Below are positions 42,280 to 56,664 of a stretch of DNA of 64,000 bases, piece after piece. The notes under the pieces were generated by a model. It made no database searches and had not been told where the DNA came from. It worked only from the letters and a program-made list of their open reading frames with translations. The DNA is from Octopus vulgaris. Lineage: Eukaryota. Both the position numbers and the translations under genes were made by a program. Every line of letters starts with the position of its first letter. Position 1 is the first letter of the stretch. The stretch lies in contig OX597822.1 in assembly GCA_951406725.2 (NCBI GenBank), forward strand, positions 11,222,001 to 11,286,000. Direction: 5' to 3'.

Positions 42280-42570
42280 AGTAAAAATGGCTGGACGCTT
42301 GTTGATGGAAACGCGTCAAACATCTTGAAGAGGTTAGGCCGCAAATCTTAAATTGCTTTTGGCTGTTACATTTAAAAATTCTCAATTGCCATTGCAAACT
42401 TTGAAGATGGAAGGCTTCTAGTTGAGAAGAACAACAAATATCCGCTTTCGAAATAAAGCTACCGCCACCGAGAGCCATGTTAAATGAGAATGCCCGGAAA
42501 TTGCTAACCAATAATCGACTTCTACGTCAATAAATGTTATTGAAAGACAACCAATGAGAATCTAAATAAC
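42280..42570. promoter_or_regulatory. Candidate promoter-like unique island
   Basis: Two CCAAT boxes (~42508, ~42551), ETS-like CCGGAA, CRE-like TACGTCA and YY1-like AAAATGGC in non-repetitive sequence. Confidence 0.3.
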
Positions 42571-42720
42571 ACTGCGCTAGTAATTGCCTGATTATATTAT
42601 TTTAAAACTTTTCGTCTTATCCGACATTTTCTTCTCTCTCTCTCTCTCTCTTTTTTCTCCTTCTTTCACTCTCACATTCGATTTATATACATTCATTTGA
42701 TACACACACATGCACGCACA

Positions 42721-42795
<75 letters not shown>

Positions 42796-42845
42796 ATACA
42801 CGTGTGTGTATGTATATATATATGTATGTATACATATATGTATGT

Positions 42846-42934
<89 letters not shown>

Positions 42935-43064
42935 ACCCACAAATATGTAGTAAATGGATATTACATTTAAATTTTTACATTCGAACAAATACACACATAT
43001 AAGTTAGGACACACACATGCACATAGAAAGACTTCTATACATATGTAATATATATGTATGTATG

Positions 43065-43117
<53 letters not shown>

Positions 43118-43160
43118 GTATGTATATATGTATATATATGTATATATATATATAAATATA

Positions 43161-43194
<34 letters not shown>

Positions 43195-43698
43195 CTTATA
43201 TATACATACATATATATATATATCATATATAAATATGCATATTTATGGGTATGTTGATATAATGCGTTCATACTTGTACACAAATACGTACGCACAAACA
43301 AATACACGCATACACGTATACACATCTACTAACGCATAGCTTATGGAAACAGTGTTTACTTAGGCACCAAGACGCATGCGTATAAAACACTTTGCACAGA
43401 AGTGCACACGCATTTGTGTGTACGTATATATGCGTGTGTGTGTAATGTGTATGTGCTTATGTAGTGCGTTTATGCTGTGTACACTTGCATAATTTGTTGG
43501 AACTGTATGTGTGTCTCGCTTTTCAATTTTCACGACACTGCGTACATACCTGCATACATACATATGTACACACACACACACACACGTGTATATACACACG
43601 TATACATTTTACATATACATATATATATATGCGTATATAATTATGTATATATTACATATGTATTGCTAACAAACACATATGCACACGCGCGAGCACGG

Positions 43699-43712
43699 AC
43701 ATAAACACACCT

Positions 43713-43743
<31 letters not shown>

Positions 43744-43971
43744 CGTATGCATTTTATATATACATATATGTATATATGCGTATATGTATATGCATATATT
43801 ACATTGCTTACACACGCATATACACACGCGCACACAGACATAAACACACCTACACACATACACACACACACATATATATATATATACGTATGCATTTTAT
43901 ATATACATATATGTATATGCTTATATGTATATGCATATATTACATTGCTTACACACGCATATACACACGCG
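43699..43971. repeat. ~139-bp tandem duplication within low-complexity DNA
   Basis: acataaacacacctacac..acgtatgcattttata..tacattgcttacacacgcatatacacacgcgc occurs twice. Confidence 0.8.
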
Positions 43972-44496
43972 CGCGCACGGATACACACACGGATACACAC
44001 ACACACATATACATGCATCCATACTTATATTATTATTTGAGTCAGTAATTAGTGCTATTGTGCGCCATATTGTGTCCTGTCAAATACACAACAAACAGAC
44101 GTGCCTTTGGCGATGGTGGAAATCTTGTTATTCCACCGATCAATTCAAAATGTCATAGTTGGTCATCCACTTCGTTTTCAACCCCGCCTCGCCCCACCTC
44201 CATTGGCTCAATTATCGCACCCGGTACCATACTCCACTCTTGCCCGACACAACTAAAAAAAAACAAAACAACCACCCAAACCAGCAACAACACCACCACA
44301 AGGACCATGACAACCAGGAAGTAACCAACATAACCAAAACCTTGTTAACCACCGCAACCCTTAATTTCTGACACCGCTACGGGACTATTACTCATTCGGA
44401 TAATCTGCTAGAAACAGCAGCCAAAATTCTCTGAATTGAAACCGTGCCATCTCAAGTGAGAAAAAAAGAAATGGAAGGACAATTTCTGAAAATATT

Positions 44497-45098
44497 GGTT
44501 TCAAATTATGGCACAATGCCGGCAATTTTCGAGGATGTGGCTAAATCGATTATATTCACCCATGCTCCGCTGGTACTTATTCTATTGACTTCGAAGGGAT
44601 AGAAGGCAAAGCCAACCTCGGCGGAATTTAAAATCAGAACGTAAAGACGGACGAAATGCCGCTAAGAATTTCGCCCCGCCTTTAACATCTGATTACCTTG
44701 TCACACATCACCTGCCATGCGCCCTTCCTGTATTCCGTATTCATCTTGCCAATACTCTACAACTCTACCTCTTTTTGTATTGTATGTTCTCCACAGACGT
44801 CTTCGACGGCTTCTGGTTCTCTTCTCTGCCACCGCTTCCAGTCAGGATCGGTCTTAGGCAATGACTCGTGGCTCAAGATATGACAGCATTGATTTCAAAT
44901 TTTAGTGCGAGACCAGCAATTCTGGGAAAGGGGATAAGTCGAATACATCGTCCCCAGTGTTCCACTGATATTTATTTTATCGATCTCCGACAGAATAAAA
45001 GACAAAAATAACACCGGTGATATTTGAACTAAGAACGCAAAGTCGGAAGACATTCCGCTAAGTACTTTCGTGGGTCGAAAACGATTCTCTCCGCCTCA
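44497..45098 (-). mobile_element. Two SINE family A copies (44497-44690, 44890-45098)
   Basis: Core and B-box reverse complements. Confidence 0.75.
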
Positions 45099-45523
45099 AG
45101 ATATGAAAGCGTTATGAATGTGATTCTCGACAATAGGTGTCGTTGGACGTTCTGCTTTTTCTAGAAAGGCAGCATTTAGCAGCCTCTCTTTCCAGCTGTT
45201 CTTCCTAATTTGTGAAAGATCCACATTATAAACGCTTCTCTCTTCTCCTTTGCTGTGTATATTTGTCTAAGTTTCTGCCTCAAAGAGGAGAATTAACAAA
45301 TTACCAAAGTATAACAGTTTACTAGCCTCAATTCTAGATGCCGTATTATGTCTTTTGGGGTGTTGCAAATTGCGTGATCTTGGCATCGTGGAAAGACTGG
45401 AAATTTTGTCGTATAAAACTCACGAATGTAGGTTGAAAGTTAAGTGTGACTTAACTGCTATTTCTCAAAGGGTGAGCAAGAGCATAGAGGCATCGTTCTG
45501 GATTCGATCGGAAAGTAATTGTG

Positions 45524-45754
45524 TACCTATTTCTTTACTACCCACAAGGAGCTAAACACAGACGGGACAAATAAGGACAGACAAAAGGATTAAGTCGATT
45601 ATATCGACCCCAGTGCGTAACTGGTACTTCATTTATCGACCCCGAAAGGATGAAAAGTAAAGTCGACCTCGGCGGAATTTGAACTCAGAACGTAACGGCA
45701 GACGAGATACGGCTACGCATTTCGCCCGGCGTGCTAACGGTTCTGCCAGCTCGC
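45524..45754 (-). mobile_element. Full-length SINE family A with 15-bp TSD
   Basis: cggaaagtaattgtg at 45509-45523 and 45755-45769 flanks head-to-tail SINE. Confidence 0.92.
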
Positions 45755-46283
45755 CGGAAAGTAATTGTGAGTGTTTGAATTGCTGCTGTTGTTTAATGAT
45801 AAACCTGTCACTTTTCAGGATCGATGTTGCCGGGTCTACCTTGAACGAACCAAGAAGCAGTGTTATTAACTTCATCTACTGCACCAGCATTACTTGTAGA
45901 ATGTAAGCATATGCACCTAATGACTGAGAGAAAAACTACCTCTGCATACTTAATACTTTTGAAGAAAGTTGGCACATTTGCAATAGAGTGTGCCGAGAAA
46001 CTTCGATTATCCTATACATGAAATCAATAGACAGATGCTCCCCCTAGGGTGTTCTGCAATATGAAACCAAGTAAAAGATAACTCTAATAAATTCCGATGA
46101 GTGAAATTCTTGGAAGAAATCCTCCCCTATACAGCAATTTCTATGTTATCCTAAATTCTTTCAATTGGACCTTTTTATTGATATTACTTGGTTGGTTAGA
46201 TTTTAAGCGTCACGAGATGGAGTTTTTGTTTCCTTATTGTGTGGATAATTATATGTGTAAATATAAATATGTATGTATGTATA

Positions 46284-46334
<51 letters not shown>

Positions 46335-46413
46335 AGTTGAGTTGTGGGGTATCGCACGAGTGGGATTATATAAGAAAAAAGGTTTGAAAATGCAATTTAA
46401 GCGATGTTTATTT

Positions 46414-46454
46414 ACTTAACCGGTTTCACTCTTTGGTAAAAGATTGTCAAAAGT
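46414..46454 (-). ncRNA. Minimal hammerhead-like ribozyme (U3-A8 core) in PLE 3' pLTR, sense to the ORF
   Basis: ACTT-TTGACAA-TCTTTT acca AAGAGT-GAAA-CCGG-T-T-AAGT, followed by AATAAA. Confidence 0.65.
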
Positions 46455-47221
46455 TACATTTAAGGAAACATTGAATAATATGGGTTCAAAAAGTTTTTTA
46501 CATAATTGTCACATTGAATATTATGCATTCAAAAAAGTTTTTTACATAATTGTCACATTGGATATTATGAATTCAAAAATGTTTTTTTATACATAATTGT
46601 CACATTACATGTATAAATATAGTGTTTGGTAACAGAGAAGTTCAATAGTGTGATGAGAATATTTGGGAAAATTTGGCAGAAAAGGATAAAACAAATATAT
46701 TATTGGGAATTGGTTGCGTTAATTATTGGTTGTCGCAAATTGTCACATTACATGTATATATATACAATCTTTGGTATATATATACAGCGTTTTGACAGCA
46801 AAAATTAAAATGGATTTTTTGTACATCTCAGAATATTTTAAGTATGTTTTTACTGACCTGTCAGTATTAGCAGAAAGGCTGAACTGAGAGAACAGAAGAA
46901 GTAGCCAATGTGGTGTATACTTCCCCTTTATGCATGAATGATTTTGGGGTTATCAGGAGGTTAGTATGCGGGTGTGAATAGATGTGTCCGTGCCTGCTGG
47001 TCAGATAGCGTCTGTTTGTCACACACATATATATACACACAAACACACACACACACAACAACACACACACACACACATAGTATACAAACACACACCACAT
47101 ACAAACAACACACACATACACAGAACACACACACCCACACACAACGCACCCACATATATCACATATACACACAGCACACAAATATAACATGTATCTATAT
47201 ATAACATACACAGATATATAA

Positions 47222-47268
<47 letters not shown>

Positions 47269-48077
47269 CACACGCACACATACATACATAATATAAATAT
47301 CACACAAATACACCTAGCATATATATACACACATACAATACACACATACAGCATGTAAGTAATATACATACACAATATATGCATGCAATATACATACGCA
47401 ATACATACATATAATATATATATATATAGACAATGCATATACATATATACACATATACATATAAATAGTGTTTACATACACATACATAGATGTACCACAT
47501 ATACACACAACACACATACATACAATGCATACACATACACGTACGCATACATATAATATATATATATACACACACACACATAACATACATACACACACAA
47601 TGCATACATATATATACACGCAATGCATATACATGTATTCATGCATATATAGCACACCTACAATATACATATATACAGTGCACACATACACGCAAATATA
47701 TACACTTAATTGTACACGTACATATACAATACACATACATACAATATACATATACACAATGCGCATGCAAATAATGTACATGTTTATACACACATAAACA
47801 TGCAAATAAATATACACACACACACATACACACACACACATATATATACACACATATATATATATATATATATACACACATACATACATACATACATGCA
47901 CATACATATATTTTTTCACACACATACACACACATATATATATATAAAAAATTCACCCCCCACACACACACAAATTACAAACCTATAGCGTACACACTCA
48001 AATATATCTCTACATGCCGCACACACACACAAACAAAGTACTAACATATACACACATACCATGCATATACACACACA

Positions 48078-48123
<46 letters not shown>

Positions 48124-48295
48124 AGATACATATGTAAATACATACACACGTACACAATGCTCACACACACACACACACACACATACACACACACCCGCAC
48201 ACAGTGCACACACACACACACATATATACACACGTGCACACACACACACACACACAACGCACGCACACACACATATACACACATACGCACACAGT

Positions 48296-48327
<32 letters not shown>

Positions 48328-48512
48328 CACTCACACACATACATCACCTACATATATATAATGCATGCGTGTGCATGCCACGTATGTGTGCGGTCAATGC
48401 CCGCTAGTGTGTCCTATGCGTGCCGATGCGCGCATGTGCCCGCCCGCACGATATGCTGTGAGCGTGCGCGCGTCCCTGTGTGCTTGCTCTGGATGTGCTT
48501 CCAGGGGGTATG

Positions 48513-49683
48513 TTAGAGTATGTTTAGTTGTGGTCTGTATTTTTGAATAAGATTACTTTCCTTATTTATTCGTGTTTGGTCTGTGGTGTTGTCCGAGCAT
48601 TGGTATAGTGGGAAGACTAAGAATTTGGGGGACTTATTGTGTGCACAAAGGTCTAAGTGTCCACTTAGTGGTATCTGTCTTGTGGAGGGGTCCCTCAGTT
48701 GTTGTCGGTGAACTGTCATTCTGTCTCTGAGGGTAAGGCTCGTTTGCCCTATGTAGTCTTCGTGGCATCCTTCACACCTTATGACGTAGAGTAAATTTTT
48801 TGATGCGCACGTGAAGTTATTTTTTATGATGAATGTGTGTCCCGAGTGGAACTTGTACGACGATCCCTCAATGAGGTGGATGCAGGTCTTACAGTTGGGG
48901 CGACCACATTTTTTGATGGTGGGCGGTGGGTTTGTGTTGTGTAATTTTGCGTTGGTGAGCAGGTTTTTTAGGGATTTAGGTTGTCTCTTACTTTTTATTA
49001 TTTTATGAGCTGCCAGTATTTTTTTCAGGCGTGGGTCTTGATTTAGTTGTGGAATGTTGTTGTATATAATAGTGTAAGCTTCTGCATTCCTTGGGTTGTG
49101 TGTTGAGAGATAAGGGAGGCTATTGACTGTACTGTGGATGTGTTTGGGTTTTCGAAGGTCTTGAATGTTGATTGATTTGGCCCGTTCTATTCCGTTGTCT
49201 ACTAGTGATGCCGGGTAGTGTCTTTCGAGAAGAATTGCCCTTAGTTCCCGGAGTCTTCTATTTCGTGTTGTGTCATTTGAGACAATAGTGCAGATTCTTC
49301 TCGCTAGGTTGAAGGGGATATTTGTCTTTGTGTGTTTTGGGTGATTGGAGGTGAATAGAAGGTATTGTTTAGAGTCAGTGGGTTTGTAATGGATGTCAGT
49401 TTCAATGTTGACGCCTTTTTTAATGATTAGGATGTCAAGAAAAGGGAGTTGGTCCTGACTATATTCCATTGTGAATTGAATGTTGTTATTTACACTGTTG
49501 ATAAGGTTTTTGAAGTCTATAAGTTGGTCGAGTGTGTGGGACCATAGGATGAGGCAATCATCTAAGTAGCGTTTCCAGTTCTCCAACAGGTATTTGTGGA
49601 AAGACTGGCCGTACTTATATTTGGATTTTTCATAGATATGTGATTCCAGGTAGGCCATCACCAGGTTTGCATAGGTAGGTGCA
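48513..49683 (-). CDS. PLE reverse transcriptase C-terminal half + Zn linker + GIY-YIG endonuclease (5'-truncated, stop-free)
   Basis: APTYANL (motif B end), RYLDDC, LPFLD, YKPTD..YL.F.SNHP, CGRPNCKTC linker, LLYVIRCEGCHEDYIGQT..R..H (CCHH), PQLN*. Confidence 0.92.
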
Positions 49684-50319
49684 ATACTATGTGTGTGTGT
49701 GTGTGTGTGTGTTGTTGTGTGTGTGTGTGTTTGTGTGTATATATATGTGTGTGACAAACAGACGCTATCTGACCAGCAGGCACGGACACATCTATTCACA
49801 CCCGCATACTAACCTCCTGATAACCCCAAAATCATTCATGCATAAAGGGGAAGTATACACCACATTGGCTACTTCTTCTGTTCTCTCAGTTCAGCCTTTC
49901 TGCTAATACTGACAGGTCAGTAAAAACATACTTAAAATATTCTGAGATGTACAAAAAATCCATTTTAATTTTTGCTGTCAAAACGCTGTATATATATACC
50001 AAAGATTGTATATATATACATGTAATGTGACAATTTGCGACAACCAATAATTAACGCAACCAATTCCCAATAATATATTTGTTTTATCCTTTTCTGCCAA
50101 ATTTTCCCAAATATTCTCATCACACTATTGAACTTCTCTGTTACCAAACACTATATTTATACATGTAATGTGACAATTATGTATAAAAAAACATTTTTGA
50201 ATTCATAATATCCAATGTGACAATTATGTAAAAAACTTTTTTGAATGCATAATATTCAATGTGACAATTATGTAAAAAACTTTTTTGAACCCATATTATT
50301 CAATGTTTCCTTAAATGTA

Positions 50320-50360
50320 ACTTTTGACAATCTTTTACCAAAGAGTGAAACCGGTTAAGT
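50320..50360 (+). ncRNA. Inverted second copy of the PLE hammerhead-like motif
   Basis: Identical to the reverse complement of 46414-46454. Confidence 0.65.
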
Positions 50361-50399
50361 AAATAAACATCGCTTAAATTGCATTTTCAAACCTTTTTT

Positions 50400-50452
<53 letters not shown>

Positions 50453-50789
50453 ATATATATATATGTATGTATACATGCATACATACATATATATATATAT
50501 ATATATGTATGTATATATACATACATATGTCTGTATGTCTGTCTATCTATCTATCTATCTCTATTAGTCCGTCCGTCCGTCTGTCTGTCTGTCTATATAA
50601 ATTACACCGTCACAAGAAGCGTGCTAGTTTTCGTCAGGCGAAACTTCGAAGTCACTATCATCCCTCTTCTTTTAAGAGTATCGTAGACATTTAGTAATAC
50701 TTTAGATTAATGCTAAATTAATTTTATTATTACTTGATATAAAAAATACAGGCACATTAAGGTATATGCGCTCGCGTGTGTGCGGGTGT

Positions 50790-51355
50790 GAGTAAATGAC
50801 ACCTGTCGCCAGTCTTTGGCACATCATTGCCATTTTGGTAATGCTTGCTTGGAAAAAATGCAAAGATGGAATCACTGTTAATACTTATTCCCAGGTTATG
50901 CATTGACTGTGTCTCTGAAACTGCAGTCCCTCCAGGCCCTGTGTGTACGGGTTGTAGAATGTTCGGAGGGCAATAAAGAAGAATTTGAAAAATTTCCAGC
51001 ATGAAATTGCATGCTATTTAATTCAACCCACTTACATTAAGATATTTATTTCTTTATTGCCCGCAAGGGGCTAAACATAGACGGGGGCAAACACGGACAG
51101 ACAAAGGAATTAAGGCAATTACACCGACTCCAGTGCGTAACTAATTATTTAATCAACCCCGAAAGAATGAAAGGCAAAGTAGACCGCGGCGGAATTTGAA
51201 CTCAGAACATAACGGCATTAAGATATTCATTTCAGTTTGCTGCATCGCGAGGACCCTTGGTTACCTCAGTGATTTTCGTATCATCAGTGTGGTTAGAAAG
51301 AGTGGCTGAGGGCGTAACTAATAGGGCCACTACAAAAAGAATTGCCCCTTAAAAA
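50790..51355 (-). mobile_element. CR1-like LINE RT fragment interrupted by a SINE
   Basis: GAILFVVA..NHTDDTKI (YADDTK relic), then TGPGGTAVSETQSMHNLGISINSD. Confidence 0.6.
51047..51215 (-). mobile_element. 5'-truncated SINE family A with 12-bp TSD
   Basis: cattaagatatt at 51035-51046 and 51216-51227. Confidence 0.88.
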
Positions 51356-51359
51356 GCTT

Positions 51360-51565
51360 GTCTTTTATCTTTCACCATGTATCTTTCCCTTTATTCAGTC
51401 CTTGGAATGTGACATTCTGGGGCACCGCCTTGAAGTGCTTAGTCGAACAAATCGATCGGAGTAGTGACGTATTTAAACTCTGGTATTTATTTTTTATCAG
51501 TCTCCTTTGCCGCACCACTAAGTTACGGAAACTTAAACAAGCTAACACCCGACCCATTATCAACA
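51360..51565 (-). mobile_element. SINE family B 3' half (diverged)
   Basis: Homologous to 31218-31400. Confidence 0.7.
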
Positions 51566-51985
51566 AAATAGAACATAATCAAAACGAATTGTTTGATCCT
51601 CAGAATTCAACTGCAGAGACACGTCTAGAAATTAAAGATATTACGCAAACTCGGTATCTGGACCAGATGGTCTCCCAGCCATAGTGTGAAAAATGTGCAA
51701 AAACAGCCTCGACAAACCATTAAAGACACTATTTCAAAAGTCGATAGGCACCGGCCAATTCCCAAAACTACAGAAAGATGCAGTAGTATCAGTTAGCTGG
51801 GTTGAAGCTAAAAAAATTACAGACCTATTCTCTCACATCTCACACAACTAAAATTATCGGACGCATTGTCCGACGAAGAATCATTATGTACCTTGAAGAA
51901 AACAACCTCTTACATAATATACAACTTAGTTTTCGGACTGGACGAAGTTGCCTGTAACAACTATTACAGCATCATAACATTATAG

Positions 51986-52066
<81 letters not shown>

Positions 52067-52084
52067 ATTAATAATAATAATGAT

Positions 52085-52642
52085 AAATGCCCTGATGCAG
52101 CACCAGGCAGCACCTCACATGGCTTCTGATCTTAACTGACTGGAGTGTTATCATGTACATTTTTTTGTCTTGGTATAAAAGATGGGCTACAACAAATATT
52201 CTGTTCAATACCACAGATTTGCTTGTCAGTTGTTTGACCGTAACCAGTTGAGCAGGTCCCTTAGTGGCTGGCGATATGTGCATCTCTGATCACGAGTAGA
52301 AGTAGTGGGGGAGCATCATAGCCATGTGTTGAGAGGGATTCTTTGGGGTTTGAATGATTCAGCTCTGGAAACATGGGTGTTTCGTTCAACATCCTTAAAC
52401 AACCCTTATTCAGGGACCTTTTGAGTGGGATGGGTTACTCGACCAGAAGAAAATTCTAACTGGGCCACACCTGCAAGGTCATGTGCTGTTTATCTTGTTA
52501 TGAGATCACCATGTCGCGCACATATGGTTGTGATGCATGTGCCTGGTGTACCCTTATCAGACGGGTAGTCATGATGGGTATACTGGACTTCGTATATTTG
52601 TACCCCAGTGTCACTTTGATGGCATGCACTGTTCTCTCACTC
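52085..52642 (+). mobile_element. TAA-embedded element X (~560 bp; Dong-type 3' UTR or non-autonomous derivative)
   Basis: Highly similar to 59019-59582 with the same ends; flanked by (TAA)n. Confidence 0.85.
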
Positions 52643-53479
<837 letters not shown>

Positions 53480-53497
53480 TAATAATAATAATAATAA

Positions 53498-54240
53498 ATG
53501 AAACCAATGATCATGTTGTCTCCATGTGCAGTCTTCTAGTGTCTACAGAATATCTCAACAAGCATGATAGAGCTGCACAATATATTCATTGGGTAATTTG
53601 CAAAAGCATGGACTTGCCCCATGATAAAAATTGGTGGGAACACAAACCACCTCCAGTGCTTGAAAATGACCACATCTCACTCCTCTGGAACTTCACCATT
53701 CAAACTGACAGGAAGATAGATGCAAATAGGCCAGACATCATATTGAAAGACTTCAGACAAAGAACATGCCTCCTCATTGATATGGCTGTCCCAATCGATA
53801 TAAACGTATCTGTCAAGACCTACCAAAAACTGAGCAAATATAAAGATCTTGAAATAGAAATCATCAAAATGTGGAACCTGAAGACTAAAACAATACCTGT
53901 TGTCATAAGTGCCTTGGGAATGATATCAAAAAGGGCTGATTGCTACCTAGCTCAGATACCAGGAAACCCCAAAATGGCAGAAATTCAAAAGATAGTGCTC
54001 ATGGGAACTGCTCATATCCTACGCAAAATACTTTCCATGTAATCTCAAGTTTTTAAACAAACATAATTTTCTTATGGTTTCTTAAACATTCTCTAGAACA
54101 ACACTATGTACAAAACCAAATATATGGCACCCTAGACATAACACCAACATGAACTTCTAATTTGTTGTCTCTGAGGTCTCTGGGTGAGACTTGGAGCCAA
54201 CTTGTACAAATGCAAACAAAAGTCAAATACAAAATAAAAA
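53498..54240 (+). mobile_element. R4/Dong LINE 3' end, second family, REL endonuclease
   Basis: ETNDHVVSMC..KHD..LLWNF..RPDIIL..LIDMAVP..KLSKYKDL; stop-free to 54042; preceded by (TAA)n. Confidence 0.9.
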
Positions 54241-55388
54241 TATAATGAAAGAGGAGTGTACACTGAGTGTATAAACCTTGATTTTGCTAAAGCGTTTGAC
54301 AAGATTGGTAACGGAATCATCTGTCATAGGCTCAGAGATCTTGGTATCAAAGGAAAACTCGAAGAGTGGCTTACAGGGTAGGAATCAATCTGTTTTTGTA
54401 AATGGTTTTCTCTCCGCAAAGTCACCTGTAATAAGTAGCGTGCCTCAGGGCACGGTTCAAGGGCCATTGTTATTTATCGTCACCTTATCAGGAATATAGC
54501 CACAAGTGCACTCGGACAACCTAACGTGTTACGCTAATGACACAAAATATTGACGGCTATCGAAATTCCTAAAGATGCCTCCACACTCCAGAATGAGCTA
54601 AATCTCTTTTATCAATGGACATACCAAAAGAATATGAATACAGCAAAATTTCTGGTTCTGCACTACGGAGAGATTACACACAAACCACATTATTTGACAC
54701 CAAATAACACAATAACTCAGAGCGCTAATGACATCCCGAAACAATGTCTCTTTCATTTGCTACATCACCAAACTAACTTTTAAATGCAGACATCTTTTAG
54801 GATGGATTCTACGAAGCCTCGTGACAAAAGAATCAGTAGTTATGGTAACTGTATGGAAAACCTTAGTTCTGAGCAGATTAGATTACTGTTCACAGTTTTG
54901 GTCTCCAAAAACATCCGGTTTCATAGAAAAGACTAAAGGATTACAAAGAACGTTTGGAAACACCTGAAAGCTTTGCGTCTCTTGATCGCTGAAGAGAGAG
55001 ATATACTAAAATGCACGTAAAGAAAACCCTGCAAAGGTAAGTTCCAAACTTTGGTATTAGAGAGAAATTTAATACACGAACTGGTAGATACTGTCAGCTT
55101 CCAAATATACCACTTTCGGAATCACGAGCAAAATCTCTCCACTGTGCCAGCCTGATATTTAGAGGCCCTCAACTGTTCAACTGTTCAGAAATATACAAGA
55201 TATCTCTACTGAAATATTAAACCATTTAAGGATACACTCAGGAAAGGTCAGCTGCTACAAATTCTATCATAAATCAACTCCCAGCTACAAAACAAGAAAA
55301 CTGAAAGGAAATAAAGGCGGGGCGCCAGCATGGCCTCAGTCCTAAAACTAAAAACACTAAAAAATAAAATAATAAAAGAATACATACA

Positions 55389-55461
<73 letters not shown>

Positions 55462-55469
55462 TATATATA

Positions 55470-56664
55470 CTAGCATTATGACTCGTCGTTGCCGGGTCAT
55501 AGTGCTAGTGCATGTATATATGTGTATATATATGTGTACATATTACGTGTACATCTAAATATATATACATCTACACATATATTACAAAATACAAACTTAT
55601 ATCTTGATATCGCTAGTGATAACAATACTCAAAATATATAACAGACTGGAATTGTAAGCCCGTCTCTTTCAATTTCGATCAATTGTATCTTGTCCTCCCT
55701 CTTGTATAGAAGTGTGGCTACAATCCAGCCTACCACTACTTCTGGGGGGAGGAGCATTTTAAATTTTTATCCGGGACATCCTACATCCCAGATATAAAGG
55801 TAAAAATAAAATATTTCCACTTTGCAAGTTCGAGTCGAGTACTCCCTTGCATGCTCCGTTGACTCGAACCTTACTTCTATTGTGGCGAATTTACCGCCTC
55901 TGGTTAAATATCTTTCATAGTCGCACCAAGACACTTTTCGAAGGTGCTTTCCTCCAGGTGTTCAAATCTTCTTTATTCTCTACATTGTATACTTTATAGA
56001 CAATAGTCTTTACTTTAATTTAATTTTTTATTATCCATCTCGACTATTCCATTTCTGCACGCTAATTTTATTTTTAATTTATTCCCATTCATGTGAAACC
56101 ACTTATTCAAATTCAAGTCATTGATGCAATTTTATACCAATTGCTATTTTTAGTTTTGTTATGTTACGATTTAATTATTATATTATAATTTAGTTTGGTT
56201 TTAATTATTACTTACTACATATAACTCAATTGTTATTATTATCCTTAATTTTTATTGTTAAAGTGAAACATCTGACATAAAATAGAGAAATGTTTTTGTT
56301 TCATTTTTAACACGTAATTCTGAAATAGTGGAGAAGATATGATATGGTTATGAGCTCGCCCTAGGCAAGAAGTTGAACATTTTTTTGCCCATAAAACTAC
56401 ATGGACCCTAAGTAAGGCATGTGTAAAATTTGAATGAAATTGGTTGTGTAGTTCTCAAGTTTTAGGGAATCGTAGTGGAGAAGATATAATATTGCTGTGG
56501 GCTCGCCCTAGGCAAAAAGTTAAATTTTTTTGGCCGATGACACTCTCCGGACCCTAAGTAAGGCATGTATAAAATTTGAATGAAATTGGTTGTGTAGTTC
56601 TCATGTTTTAGGGAAACACACAGACAGATAGACACACATTCTCAGTTTTATATATATATATAGA
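55470..56664 (-). mobile_element. Non-autonomous Helitron/HINE-like element with internal ~145-bp duplication
   Basis: CTAG at 55470 with a 16-bp terminal hairpin; other end reads TCtatatata on minus strand with (CAGA) repeats; duplicate 56327-56470 / 56473-56615. Confidence 0.7.

Larger units (their letters stand above)
46329..50405 (-). mobile_element. Penelope-like retroelement (Neptune-type), 5'-truncated with inverted pLTR
   Basis: RT+GIY-YIG ORF; inverted arms 46368-47083 and 49684-50405 nearly identical; ~39-bp tail 46329-46367; (TA)n on both sides. Confidence 0.93.

Noticed and set aside
46485-46610. CRISPR-like repeat array
   Set aside because: Units are contiguous near-copies with no unique spacers; eukaryotic context with no cas genes
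49684-49799. N-terminus of the 428-aa ORF (MNRCVRACW..HTHT)
   Set aside because: Derived from the inverted pLTR arm; the real RT sequence starts at ~49683
46626-50147. Identical 60-aa ORFs on opposite strands (46626-46808, 49965-50147)
   Set aside because: By-product of the inverted repeat; no coding evidence
51270-51290. CTGATGATACGAAA on minus strand, resembling a hammerhead core
   Set aside because: No stem II; it is the (A/T)DDTK codon string of a CR1-like RT
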